Shown here one piece after another: positions 1 to 8,948 of a stretch of DNA of 64,000 bases; position 1 is the stretch's first letter, and each line of letters starts with the position of its first letter. The DNA comes from Sandaracinaceae bacterium. GTDB taxonomy: Bacteria > Myxococcota_A > Polyangia > Polyangiales > Sandaracinaceae. The stretch lies in contig JBGAQA010000011.1 of NCBI GenBank assembly GCA_044220955.1, positions 49,661 to 113,660 on the forward strand. Direction: 5' to 3'. The translations under genes and the position numbers were made by a program. Under the pieces are notes generated by a model. The model saw only the letters and a list, made by a program, of their open reading frames with translations, was not told the origin of the DNA and made no database searches.

Positions 1-2
1 AG

Positions 3-173
3 GAGGCGCACGCGATCCCGGGCTGCACCGACCGCGACCCGTCGGATCCGGCGGGCAACGGCCGCGGCCGCGGGATCAGCGACAGCGATCCGCGCGATCC
101 GGTCGGCTGTGGCAGCCGCGCATGCAGCGACAGCGATCCGTCCGACCCGGCGGGCCGCGGTCGCCACTGCTGA
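3..173 (+). CDS. 3' end of a small, probably exported Asp/Pro/Cys-rich repeat protein (5' part lies outside the window)
   Basis: Frame 3 reads EAHAIPGCTDRDPSDPAGNGRGRGISDSDPRDPVGCGSRACSDSDPSDPAGRGRHC-stop (TGA 171-173). It has three repeats, GC-rich third codon positions, an A-H-A signal-peptidase-like site and a terminator downstream. It is not in the ORF track. Confidence 0.7.
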   Translation, partial: EAHAIPGCTDRDPSDPAGNGRGRGISDSDPRDPVGCGSRACSDSDPSDPAGRGRHC

Positions 174-201
174 CTCGTCCCTTCGGCGAGATCGGCCAGA
201 G

Positions 202-237
202 AAGGCGCGTCCGAGCGATCGGGCGCGCCTTTTCGTC
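202..237 (+). terminator. Rho-independent terminator
   Basis: Stem AAGGCGCGTCCGA / TCGGGCGCGCCTT with a GCGA tetraloop, ending in a TTTT run, about 30 nt after the stop at 173. Confidence 0.7.
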
Positions 238-325
238 TGCTCCGAGCAGAGCCCGCGCGTGCCAGCGCGCACGGGCGGGAGCGCGGAGCGGCGGGCCGGG
301 CAATTCCTGCTAGGAAGCGCGCCCT

Positions 326-2158
326 ATGTCGTCCGACCCCGTCTCCCGAGAGCATCTGCGCAACATCTGCATCATCGCGCACGTCGATCACGGCAAGACG
401 ACGCTCGTGGACGCCATGCTCCGGCAGAGCGGCGTCTTCCGCACCGGCCAGGCGGTCGAAGAGCGCGTGATGGACAGCAACGATCTCGAGCGCGAGCGCG
501 GGATCACGATCCTCGCCAAGCAGTGCTCGGTTCGCCGCGGCGACATCAAGATCAACATCGTCGACACGCCCGGCCACGCGGACTTCGGCGGCGAGGTCGA
601 GCGCACGCTGCGCATGGCCGACGGTGTCCTCCTGCTCGTCGACGCGGCCGAGGGGCCGCTCCCCGGCACGCGCTTCGTGCTGGGCAAGTCGATCGAGCTC
701 GGACACCGGATCATCGTGGTGATCAACAAGATCGATCGCCCGGACGCGCGCCCGGACGAGGTGCTGAACGAGATCTTCGACCTCTTCGTGGATCTCGAGG
801 CCTCCGACGAGCAGACCGACTTCCCGGTCATCTACGCGATCGGCAAGCTCGGTACCGCGAAGTACAAGCTCGAGGACGAGGGCAAGAACCTCGATCCGCT
901 CTTCGACACCATCATCTCGAAGGTGCCGCCTCCGAAGGGCGACCCGAGCGCGCCGCTGCAGATCCTCGTCAACGACATCCAGCACGACGACTACGTCGGG
1001 CGCCTCGCGATCGGCCGCGTCGTGCAGGGCACGGTGAAGGATCTCCAGATCATCACGCGGATGGCCGAGAACGGGCCCGTGAAGGAGAAGATCACCAAGG
1101 TCTTCGGCTTCGAGTCGATGAACCGCGTCGCCGTCGGGTCGGCCGGCGCGGGCGACATCGTCGCGCTCTCGGGCATGGAGGAGGTCGCGATCGGCGACAC
1201 CATCGCCGACGCCGAGAACCCGACCGCGCTGCCGCGCATCCGCGTCGAGGAGCCGACCCTCAAGGTGACCTTCCTCGTGAACACCTCGCCCTTCGCCGGC
1301 AAGGCGGGCAAGTGGGTCACGTCGCGGCACCTGCGCGAGCGGCTCGAGAAGGAGGCCAAGCGCAACCTCGCGATGCGCTTCGAGCCGACCGACTCGCCCG
1401 ACGTGTTCACGGTGTACGGCCGCGGCGAGCTGATGATCTCGGTGCTCCTCGAGACGATGCGGCGCGAGGGCTACGAGATGGCCGTCGGCATGCCCGAGGT
1501 CGTCGTGAAGGAGATCGACGGCGCCAAACACGAGCCGGTCGAGCTCGTGATCGTGGACGTGCCCGAGAGCTACGTCGGCGTCGTCACGACCTCGCTCGGC
1601 CAGCGGCGCGGCCAGATGGTCAAGATGACGAACCTCGGGTTCGGGCGCGCGCGCATGGAGTTCCGCGTGCCCTCGCGCGGGCTCATCGGGTTCCGCTCGG
1701 AATTCCTGACCGCGACGCGCGGCACGGGCCTCCTGAACACGCAGTTCGATCGCTGGGAGCCCTACGCGGGGCCGATGCTCCGGCGCATCAACGGCGCGAT
1801 GGTCGCGGACCGCACGGGCGAGTGCACGGCGTACGCGCTCGATCACCTCCAGCCGCGCGGCGTGCTCTTCGTGGTGCCGGGCGATCCGGTGTACGAGGGC
1901 ATGGTCGTCGGCGAGCACAACCGCGAGAACGATCTCGACGTGAACATCGTCCGGGAGAAGAAGCTCAACAACGTCCGCATGAAGAACAAGGACGAGAACA
2001 TCGTGCTCTCGCCCCCGCGGATCATCACGCTCGAGAACGGCCTCGAGATCATCGACCGCGACGAGCTGATGGAGGTCACGCCCGCCGGTGTGCGCCTGCG
2101 CAAGAAGATCCTCGAGACGAACAAGCGCCCCCGCCGCGACGACGCCAAGTACGGCTGA
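326..2158 (+). CDS. typA: Translational GTPase TypA/BipA
   Basis: AHVDHGKTT, DTPGHADFGGEVER and NKID motifs; TypA C-terminal VYEGMVVGEH...EVTP..VRLRK; 610 aa. Confidence 0.97.
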   Translation: MSSDPVSREHLRNICIIAHVDHGKTTLVDAMLRQSGVFRTGQAVEERVMDSNDLERERGITILAKQCSVRRGDIKINIVDTPGHADFGGEVERTLRMADGVLLLVDAAEGPLPGTRFVLGKSIELGHRIIVVINKIDRPDARPDEVLNEIFDLFVDLEASDEQTDFPVIYAIGKLGTAKYKLEDEGKNLDPLFDTIISKVPPPKGDPSAPLQILVNDIQHDDYVGRLAIGRVVQGTVKDLQIITRMAENGPVKEKITKVFGFESMNRVAVGSAGAGDIVALSGMEEVAIGDTIADAENPTALPRIRVEEPTLKVTFLVNTSPFAGKAGKWVTSRHLRERLEKEAKRNLAMRFEPTDSPDVFTVYGRGELMISVLLETMRREGYEMAVGMPEVVVKEIDGAKHEPVELVIVDVPESYVGVVTTSLGQRRGQMVKMTNLGFGRARMEFRVPSRGLIGFRSEFLTATRGTGLLNTQFDRWEPYAGPMLRRINGAMVADRTGECTAYALDHLQPRGVLFVVPGDPVYEGMVVGEHNRENDLDVNIVREKKLNNVRMKNKDENIVLSPPRIITLENGLEIIDRDELMEVTPAGVRLRKKILETNKRPRRDDAKYG

Positions 2159-2171
2159 GCTCTGTTTCCGC

Positions 2172-2220
2172 GAGGGCCTGAGCGGCCCTCGCCCCGTGCC
2201 GAGTGAATCGGACACGGGGC
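2172..2220 (+). other. Two adjacent GC-rich stem-loops after typA
   Basis: GAGGGCC-tgagc-GGCCCTC followed by GCCCCGTG-CCGA-gtgaa-TCGG-a-CACGGGGC; no U-tail. Confidence 0.5.
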
Positions 2221-2304
2221 CCCACTCCCCTCCGTCTCGTCGCTGCGCTCCTCGCGGGATTGCCGGGATTCGACGCGCACGATAGGAATCGTGCGGAACC
2301 AGCC

Positions 2305-2616
2305 ATGAAGCACACGATCGACACCGGTCTCGACAAGGCGCGCAGCAAGAAGGCGATCGACAGGGCGATGGACGAGTACAAGCGGCGCTTCGCCGAGTAC
2401 ACGCCGCGCTACGACTGGACGACCGACGACGCCGGCGAGTTCTCGTTCAACGCCAAGGGCATCAAGCTCGGCGGGACGATCAAGGTCCGCGACCACAAGG
2501 TCGACGTCGACATGGACGTGCCCTTCCTCTTCAAGATCTTCCAGGGTCGCGCGATGCAGGTGATCGAGGACCAGGTCGTGTTCTGGGTCGAGAAGGCCAA
2601 GAAGGGCGAGATCTGA
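2305..2616 (+). CDS. Polyhydroxyalkanoic-acid-system family small protein (PHA_gran_rgn-like)
   Basis: 103 aa from ATG 2305; pattern W...F.F..KG....G.I.V....V.V..DVPFLFK.F resembles this family. Confidence 0.65.
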   Translation: MKHTIDTGLDKARSKKAIDRAMDEYKRRFAEYTPRYDWTTDDAGEFSFNAKGIKLGGTIKVRDHKVDVDMDVPFLFKIFQGRAMQVIEDQVVFWVEKAKKGEI

Positions 2617-2625
2617 ACCAGGACG

Positions 2626-3027
2626 TCACGGGGTCGGGCGGCAGGCCTCGGGGATCTCGATCTCGAGACGCTCGAGATCCGCACGGAAGCTCGCCAACGC
2701 GGCGGAGCAGGCGGCGGCGCGGGCGGGGCTCTCGACGAGCGACTGATCGAGCTGCTCCGCGGCGATGCGGGCCGGGCCTGCGAGCTCGGAGGGGGCGACG
2801 GCGGCGAAGGCGTCCGCGCAGGGCGCGACCCGCGCGCAGTCGGCGGCGTCGGCGGTCGGCTCGGAGGGCGAGGTCGAGGTCGAGGTCGAGGTCGAGGTCG
2901 AGGTCGAGGTCGAGGTCGAGGGCGAGGTCGAGGTCGAGGTCGAGGTCGAGGTCGAGGGCGGCGGGTCTTCGCCGCACGCGACGAGCAGGAGCACACCCAG
3001 CATCAGCCACCGCCGCATGCGTGCCAT
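2626..3027 (-). CDS. Small lipoprotein with a (Ser-Thr)n linker and a Cys-containing helical domain
   Basis: Signal peptide MARMRRWLMLGVLLLVAC (lipobox), then STSTST... and a 4-Cys C-terminal domain. Confidence 0.7.
   Translation of the reverse strand: MARMRRWLMLGVLLLVACGEDPPPSTSTSTSTSTSPSTSTSTSTSTSTSTSTSPSEPTADAADCARVAPCADAFAAVAPSELAGPARIAAEQLDQSLVESPARAAACSAALASFRADLERLEIEIPEACRPTP
2864..2959. repeat. Hexanucleotide tandem repeat (GAGGTC)n, 16 units including three GAGGGC variants
   Basis: Directly visible; encodes the TS linker on the minus strand. Confidence 0.95.
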
Positions 3028-3058
3028 CTACCACGCCGCGGACTAGGCTCCGCGGCCG

Positions 3059-4213
3059 ATGAGCTCGCTCCGCGTCGTCTCGAGCCAGACGCCCGTCCGC
3101 GAGGACGACTGGCGCGCGCAGCTCCGCGGCGCGATCACGACGATCGAGCAGCTCGAGCGCGCCTTCGCGCTCACGCCCGCCGAGCGCGCGGGCGCCGAGC
3201 GAGCCGTCCGGGAGGGACTGCCGCTCTCCATCACGCCCCACTATGCCTCGCTGGCCGATCCGCACGACCCCGCGTGCCCCATCCGCATGCAGTGCGTGCC
3301 CACGGCGGCCGAGTCGGTCGAGGTGCCCGGCGATCTCCGCGATCCGCTCGGCGAGGAGGCGAACACCGTCGCGCCGCACCTCGTGCGCCGCTATCCGGAC
3401 CGGGCGCTCCTGATCGCGACCGACCGCTGCTCGGTGTACTGCCGCTTCTGCACGCGCTCGCGCATCGTCGGCCAGGACGGGGGCGCACGCTCGCTCTCGG
3501 CGCTCGCGCCTGCGTTCGCGTGGCTGCGGGCGAACCCCGAGGTCGTCGACGTGATCGTCTCGGGCGGCGATCCGCTGGTCGCGAGTGACGAGCGCGTCGG
3601 CGCGATCCTCGCGGAGCTCGCCGCGGTCTCCTCGATCGAGACCGTGCGCGTCGCGACGCGCGCGCCCGTCACGCTCCCCCAGCGCATCACGCCCGAGCTC
3701 TGCCGCGTGCTGCGCACGCACCCGTCGGTCTGGGTGATGACCCACTTCAACCACCCGGCCGAGCTCGCGCCGGCCGCGACCGCCGCGCTCGCGTTGCTCG
3801 CCGATCACGGCATCCCGGTGATGAACCAGACGGTGCTGCTGCGCGGCGTGAACGACGACGCGAGCACGCTCGCCACGCTCTTCCGCGGGCTCGTGCGCCA
3901 TCGCGCGCGCCCGTACTACCTGCTGCAGGCCGACCCGGTGCGCGGTACCTCGCACCTGCGCACGCCGATCGACACGGGCCTCGCGATCATGCGCGAGCTC
4001 TCGGGCCGCACGAGCGGCATCGCGCTGCCGAGGCTCGTGGTCGACACGCCGAACGGTCGCGGCAAGGTCGTGATCGCGCCCGACACCATCGTCCGGCGTG
4101 GCGGCGGGACCACGACCCTGCGCACGTTCCGCGGCGAGGAGGTCGACTACGTCGACCCGCCGCACGTGCCCTCGCCGCGCGGGCCGGGCGAGGGTGCCGA
4201 TGGCGTTTCGTGA
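3059..4213 (+). CDS. kamA: KamA-family radical SAM protein (lysine 2,3-aminomutase-like)
   Basis: CSVYCRFC, DPLGEE, RRYPDR, SGGDPL, HFNHP, NQTVLLRGVND and PLP-lysine region DTPNGRGKV. Confidence 0.9.
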   Translation: MSSLRVVSSQTPVREDDWRAQLRGAITTIEQLERAFALTPAERAGAERAVREGLPLSITPHYASLADPHDPACPIRMQCVPTAAESVEVPGDLRDPLGEEANTVAPHLVRRYPDRALLIATDRCSVYCRFCTRSRIVGQDGGARSLSALAPAFAWLRANPEVVDVIVSGGDPLVASDERVGAILAELAAVSSIETVRVATRAPVTLPQRITPELCRVLRTHPSVWVMTHFNHPAELAPAATAALALLADHGIPVMNQTVLLRGVNDDASTLATLFRGLVRHRARPYYLLQADPVRGTSHLRTPIDTGLAIMRELSGRTSGIALPRLVVDTPNGRGKVVIAPDTIVRRGGGTTTLRTFRGEEVDYVDPPHVPSPRGPGEGADGVS

Positions 4214-5747
4214 CGACGAGGCAGCGCTCCACGCGCGCATCGAGTCGCTCGAGCGGGAGCTCGCGGAGGCGCGGACCGAGCTCGCGCGCCTCTCGGAGAT
4301 CGAAGCCGAGCGCGACCGCCTGAAGCTCCGGCTCGAGGCGCTCGAGCCGAAGAAGCCGGTGCCGGCGGGGAGGCAGGCGGAGCGCTCGCGGGCCGAGCCG
4401 GGGCGTCGTTCCACGCCGTCCTTCGGGCTCCCGGTGCCGAGGACGCCTCAGGCGATGGTGCTCGCGGTGCTGGTCGCGATCCTGGTCTTCGGCCTGATCA
4501 CCTATCTCCTCGCCGAGCGCAGCACCGACCGCCGCCCTCTCGCGGCCACGCCGAAGCCCGCGGACGCGCGCCCGCCCACGATCGGCGTCGTCGATCTGAG
4601 CGCGACGCCCGAGCCGGTGCCGATCGCGTTCACCGTCACGGGGACCGGGGACGCGCCGGATGGGTGCGCCGGCCACCTGCCCGACGCGCCGCAGCTCGTG
4701 CTGCGCACCACGACCCCCGCCCTGCTGCGCGTCACCACGCAGTGCGACGTGGACCTCGTCCTGGTGCTGACCGGCACGCCGGCCGGCGTGCTCTGCGACG
4801 ACGACAGCGGCGAGGACGCCAACCCGCTGATCCAGACGATGCTGCCGCCCGGCGAGGCGCGCCTGACCATCGGGACGTACTCGAGCGGCAACACGGCGAG
4901 CTGTGCGATCGAGCTGCACGCGAGCCCCCTCGCACCCGGAGTGGACGAGCACGGCCTGGCGTCCGGCGCCACGCCGCGCCTCGGCACCGTCTCGACCACG
5001 AGCGCCGAGACGTCGTTCGACGGGGTCGTGGCCGGCGCGCTGATCGAGGCCGATGCGGCCCAGCGAGGCTGCCCCGGGGTGATCGGGTCGGTTCCGGACC
5101 TCGCCCTGGACGTGAGCGAGCCCTCGATCGTCCGCGTCGACGTCGCCTCGGGGCGCGATCTGGTGCTGATGATGCGCAGCCCCGACGGGTCGTTCACGTG
5201 CGACGACGACGACGGCGTCGGCACCAACCCGCGCATCGCCAAGCGCGTGCCGCCCGGCCACTACGCGGTGTGGGTGGGCGCGTACGACGCGAGCGGGGAG
5301 GGCGCGAGCTTCCACGCGGGCGTGCGCGTGACGACGCTCGCCGAGGAGGCGCGCGTCGTCGTCCCGACGCTCGACCTCGTCGACGGCTCGCCGACGCACG
5401 TGACCGGGACGTCGAGCGACGAGGTCTCCGCCTCGACGATGTGGAGCGACTGCACCTCGCCGGGCTTCGTCCCCTACGAGCCGCAGGTCACGCTCCGCCT
5501 CGCGGCACGCCGCGACGTCGTCGTCGCCGATCCCGCGGTGACCAGGCTCCTGGCGATCGTGCCGCGCGATGCCGCGTCGGCGAGGCGCCCGAGCTGTGTC
5601 GCCGAGGGGGCGTGGCGAGGCACGCTCGATCCGGGCGCGTACGACCTCTACGTCGGGGTCCCGTCGGGCGACGATCCCCCCGGGCCCTTCGACCTGACGA
5701 TCACGACGTCGGGGCCGAGCGTGCTCCCGTACACGCGCGGGCCCTGA
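4200..5747 (+). CDS. Single-pass membrane protein: N-terminal coiled coil, TM helix, and repeated PPC-like beta domains
   Basis: ATG 4200 overlaps the kamA end; MAFRDDEAALHARIESLERELAE coiled coil; TM MVLAVLVAILVFGLITYLL; repeated C.G.....P.L.L ... CDDD.G...NP ... PG.Y...VG. Confidence 0.7.
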   Translation: MAFRDDEAALHARIESLERELAEARTELARLSEIEAERDRLKLRLEALEPKKPVPAGRQAERSRAEPGRRSTPSFGLPVPRTPQAMVLAVLVAILVFGLITYLLAERSTDRRPLAATPKPADARPPTIGVVDLSATPEPVPIAFTVTGTGDAPDGCAGHLPDAPQLVLRTTTPALLRVTTQCDVDLVLVLTGTPAGVLCDDDSGEDANPLIQTMLPPGEARLTIGTYSSGNTASCAIELHASPLAPGVDEHGLASGATPRLGTVSTTSAETSFDGVVAGALIEADAAQRGCPGVIGSVPDLALDVSEPSIVRVDVASGRDLVLMMRSPDGSFTCDDDDGVGTNPRIAKRVPPGHYAVWVGAYDASGEGASFHAGVRVTTLAEEARVVVPTLDLVDGSPTHVTGTSSDEVSASTMWSDCTSPGFVPYEPQVTLRLAARRDVVVADPAVTRLLAIVPRDAASARRPSCVAEGAWRGTLDPGAYDLYVGVPSGDDPPGPFDLTITTSGPSVLPYTRGP

Positions 5748-5826
5748 CGCACGGGCGGGCACCTCGGGACCCGGGCCCGGGCCGAGGCATCGACACGCGC
5801 CCCAGCGTTACCTACCCTGGACCGAT

Positions 5827-6984
5827 ATGCGTACGTCGGTCGGCGGCTTCGTCTTCACGCTCGCGTGTCTGTCCTGCACCACCGCGCCGCCCGGGAGCGC
5901 GACCTGCGCGGCGGCCGACGTCGCGCGCTGCCTCGGCACGCAGCAAGCGTGCGATCCGACCGGGGGCGCCGCGACGTGCGAGCGCTGCGATCCCGGCGAG
6001 CACGCGAGCGCGCAGGGCCTCTGTGAGCCCATCTCCGGCACGGCGCTCCGCCACGACTTCCCCGACCAGACCATCGCGGCGGGCTCCGAGTCGCTCCACA
6101 ACTGCCGCAGCTGGACGCTGAACAACGCCGAGGATCTCTGGGTCACGGCCGTCGAGCTCACCCAGCACGAGGCGTCGCACCACTCCAACTGGACGTACGT
6201 TCCCGACACCATGTACGACGGTGCCGACGGCATCTGGCCCTGCACCGACCGCGGCTACGATCAGCTGAGCGCGGCGGTGGCGGGCGGCGTGGGCTCCGCG
6301 GAGAGCACGCACGCCGTGCACGAGGTGCAGGCCTTCCCCGAGGGCGCCGCCGTACGCATCCCGGCGCACTCGCGCATCGTGAGCGACATCCACCTGCTCA
6401 ACGTCACCACCGCCGAGGTCACGGGGCACGTGACCCTGAGCCTCTACACGCTCCCGCGCGCGGAGGTCGTCACGCCGCTCACGCCCTTCCACATCACCTA
6501 CCAGGATCTCGCGCTGCCGCCGCGCTCGCGCTCGCGCTACGAGGCGAGCTGCGAGATCGCGAGCGGCTACCAGGCCAACGAGGGCTCGCCCCACCACATG
6601 CGCCTCTTCTACTCGCTGCCCCACACCCACGCGCTCGGTACGCGCGTGTTCCTCTCGGCCGTCGGCGGCCCGCGGGACGGCGAGGTGCTCCTCGACGTGA
6701 TGGGGACGCCGGGCGAGGCGCGCGGCATCGCGTACGCCGAGCCGATCGACCTCACGGGCGTCACCAGCCTGCACTTCGGGTGCGAGTTCGAGAACCCGCG
6801 CGCCGAGGTGGTGCACTGGGGATTCCAGGACCAGGAGATGTGCGAGATGCTCGGCTTCATCGAGTCGCCGCTGGCGTTCGAGAGCCGGATCGAGGCGACC
6901 GACACGATGGGCATGGACGGCACGACGCCGACCTTCTCGGGGCCGTGCAGCACGCTCTTCGTCACGCTGGCCAGCGGGATGTGA
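5827..6984 (+). CDS. Exported copper type II monooxygenase-like protein (PHM/DBH family)
   Basis: SHHSNW and DIHLLN (CuH-type), PHTHALG and QEMC (CuM-type); N-terminal signal with Cys. Confidence 0.75.
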   Translation: MRTSVGGFVFTLACLSCTTAPPGSATCAAADVARCLGTQQACDPTGGAATCERCDPGEHASAQGLCEPISGTALRHDFPDQTIAAGSESLHNCRSWTLNNAEDLWVTAVELTQHEASHHSNWTYVPDTMYDGADGIWPCTDRGYDQLSAAVAGGVGSAESTHAVHEVQAFPEGAAVRIPAHSRIVSDIHLLNVTTAEVTGHVTLSLYTLPRAEVVTPLTPFHITYQDLALPPRSRSRYEASCEIASGYQANEGSPHHMRLFYSLPHTHALGTRVFLSAVGGPRDGEVLLDVMGTPGEARGIAYAEPIDLTGVTSLHFGCEFENPRAEVVHWGFQDQEMCEMLGFIESPLAFESRIEATDTMGMDGTTPTFSGPCSTLFVTLASGM

Positions 6985-7119
6985 TCACGACAGGAGAGCT
7001 CGCCACGGAGGGCCCGGACGGGAGAGCGGGCGCAGCCCGCGGACGGGAGGGGCCGGAGCGGCGAGCCGACGGAATTGCTGATCTGAATGCCGGCGCGGCC
7101 GCGCGCACCGGAGCGGCGC

Positions 7120-8184
7120 ATGACACGATGCGGATGGGCCGTGGTCGCGCTCGGGCTCGTGGCGGGCTGCGGCGGCGAGACGGGGCAGGGCGACGCGGGC
7201 GCGAGCGGCGGTGACGCCTGGCCCGGGCGCGACACGGGCGCGCTCGCGCCGGCCGACGGCGGACCCGGCGACGACGCGGCGCCCGTGGACGTCGACGCGG
7301 CGAGCGGCGCCTGCACGCCGACGGCGGGGACGGCGACGCACGAGCCGGGCTGTGATCTCTTCCAGCTCGCCGTGATCGAGCACGACGGCGCGCCGAGCGA
7401 GCTGATCCTGACCGGGCGCATCTACTCCGTCACCGGCGCGAGCGGGGAGTGTGCGGTCGTCGACGGCGTCGACGTCGTGCAGGGCAGCGCGACGAGCCCG
7501 CTCGTGCAGCACCTCGACGGCGGCGCTTCGATCCTGCTCGACTCGAGCGAGCGCGAGCTCGCGCGCGGCGTCCCGGTCGCGGCCATCTCGAGCGTCTGCG
7601 CCTCCGACGAGGCCGCGATGCGCTTCGACAGCTTCGGCATCGTCGTCCGCGGGCGCGTCGACGGCGGCACGTTCGAGGCGCATTGCGCCCGCGCCGAGGG
7701 CGGAGGGCGCTGGCCGCCCGCGCTCCGCGTCACCTGCCACCGCAACGTCGACGCGGCCCCGTACGCCGGCAACGCGAGCGTCACGAGCTCGAGCTTCATG
7801 GGGGTCCCTTATGCGTCCACGATGCTCTACGCGGCGGCCGCGCACGGGCCCAGCGGCGCGCTCACGAGCGTGGACGGGACGATCCACGTCATCGCGCAGC
7901 GCTCGATCTTCGACACGGGGACGCCCATCGCGTCCTTCGACAGCACGGGATGGATGGGGTCGGCGAACGAGTCGGGCAGCACGCCCTCGTACTCCCAGCT
8001 CCAGGCGTTCGCGAGCAGCGCGCAGTTCGACACGGAGCTCTGCCCGCCCCCGATGACCGGTCCGCCGGGGCCTGGCTACGTCCCGCCGCCCGTGTTCCTC
8101 GCGCGGATGACCGGAGACGGCGGTCGGGGCTCCTACTCGACCGAGGTGTTCGTCAACGGGTGCCACACGACGACGGGCCCGTGA
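7120..8184 (+). CDS. Hypothetical lipoprotein
   Basis: MTRCGWAVVALGLVAGC lipobox; DAG/DGG-rich linker; paired Cys. Confidence 0.7.
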   Translation: MTRCGWAVVALGLVAGCGGETGQGDAGASGGDAWPGRDTGALAPADGGPGDDAAPVDVDAASGACTPTAGTATHEPGCDLFQLAVIEHDGAPSELILTGRIYSVTGASGECAVVDGVDVVQGSATSPLVQHLDGGASILLDSSERELARGVPVAAISSVCASDEAAMRFDSFGIVVRGRVDGGTFEAHCARAEGGGRWPPALRVTCHRNVDAAPYAGNASVTSSSFMGVPYASTMLYAAAAHGPSGALTSVDGTIHVIAQRSIFDTGTPIASFDSTGWMGSANESGSTPSYSQLQAFASSAQFDTELCPPPMTGPPGPGYVPPPVFLARMTGDGGRGSYSTEVFVNGCHTTTGP

Positions 8185-8216
8185 TCGTGGTATCTCTCCC
8201 GGCTCTGGGAGGGCCC

Positions 8217-8837
8217 ATGGCCGACGAAAACCAGGGCAAGCAGCCCTCGCTCGCGGACGAAGAGAAAGCCATCGGCGGCGGCGGCGGGAGCGGCACGATG
8301 GTCGCCGCGATCCTCGTGTTCGGCGTGCTCGCCGTCGGAATCGCGGTGTTCGTGCTGCGCGGCAGCGGGGACAGCGAGTACAGCTCGCTCGGCCGCCAGG
8401 TCAACGGGATGCGCCAGGGGAACTTCGACCAGTTCTGGTCGTGCGCGCTCCCGCGCGAGGACATCCGCTCGCTGACCGGCAACGCGATGGTCCAGGCGGC
8501 GGTGCTGCAGCGCGCTCGCTCGAGCCCGAGCGCCTACGCGCACATCGTGCGCACGCAGTGCCTGCACTTCCTCTCGGACCAGACGCCGCTGCTCGCGCAG
8601 CTGATCGTCCCCGAGGACATGAACGAGAGCGTGACCCAGCTGCGCACGGCGTCGCAGGGGCAGATCGACGCGTGGAACGCGTACCTGACCTACCTCGAGC
8701 ATCTCGGCGGCCCCTACGACTCCGAGGACACCGAGGGAGCCACGCTGCTCACGAACGTCGTGCGCGGCTGGTACGACTACCGCGTCGCGGTGCAGGCCGT
8801 GAACGCCGTGGTGTCGTCGCACGTGCACCCGGAGTGA
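8217..8837 (+). CDS. Hypothetical single-pass membrane protein
   Basis: GGAGGG before ATG 8217; TM MVAAILVFGVLAVGIAVFVL followed by a helical domain with 2 Cys. Confidence 0.7.
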   Translation: MADENQGKQPSLADEEKAIGGGGGSGTMVAAILVFGVLAVGIAVFVLRGSGDSEYSSLGRQVNGMRQGNFDQFWSCALPREDIRSLTGNAMVQAAVLQRARSSPSAYAHIVRTQCLHFLSDQTPLLAQLIVPEDMNESVTQLRTASQGQIDAWNAYLTYLEHLGGPYDSEDTEGATLLTNVVRGWYDYRVAVQAVNAVVSSHVHPE

Positions 8838-8948
8838 AGCGCGCGCGTCCCCGCAAGCGCTCTGGCCGCGGGGGCTGACGGATCGCACGCAGCCGAGCGG
8901 CGCCCGTTGGCGGAGCCGCGCTTCCGCGGCACCATCGCCTTCCCGCCC

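Noticed and set aside
2765..3046. Poly-(VE) ORF on + and poly-(PR)/(LD) ORFs on -
   Set aside because: Alternative readings of the hexamer repeat; only the 2626-3027 frame has a signal peptide and lipobox.
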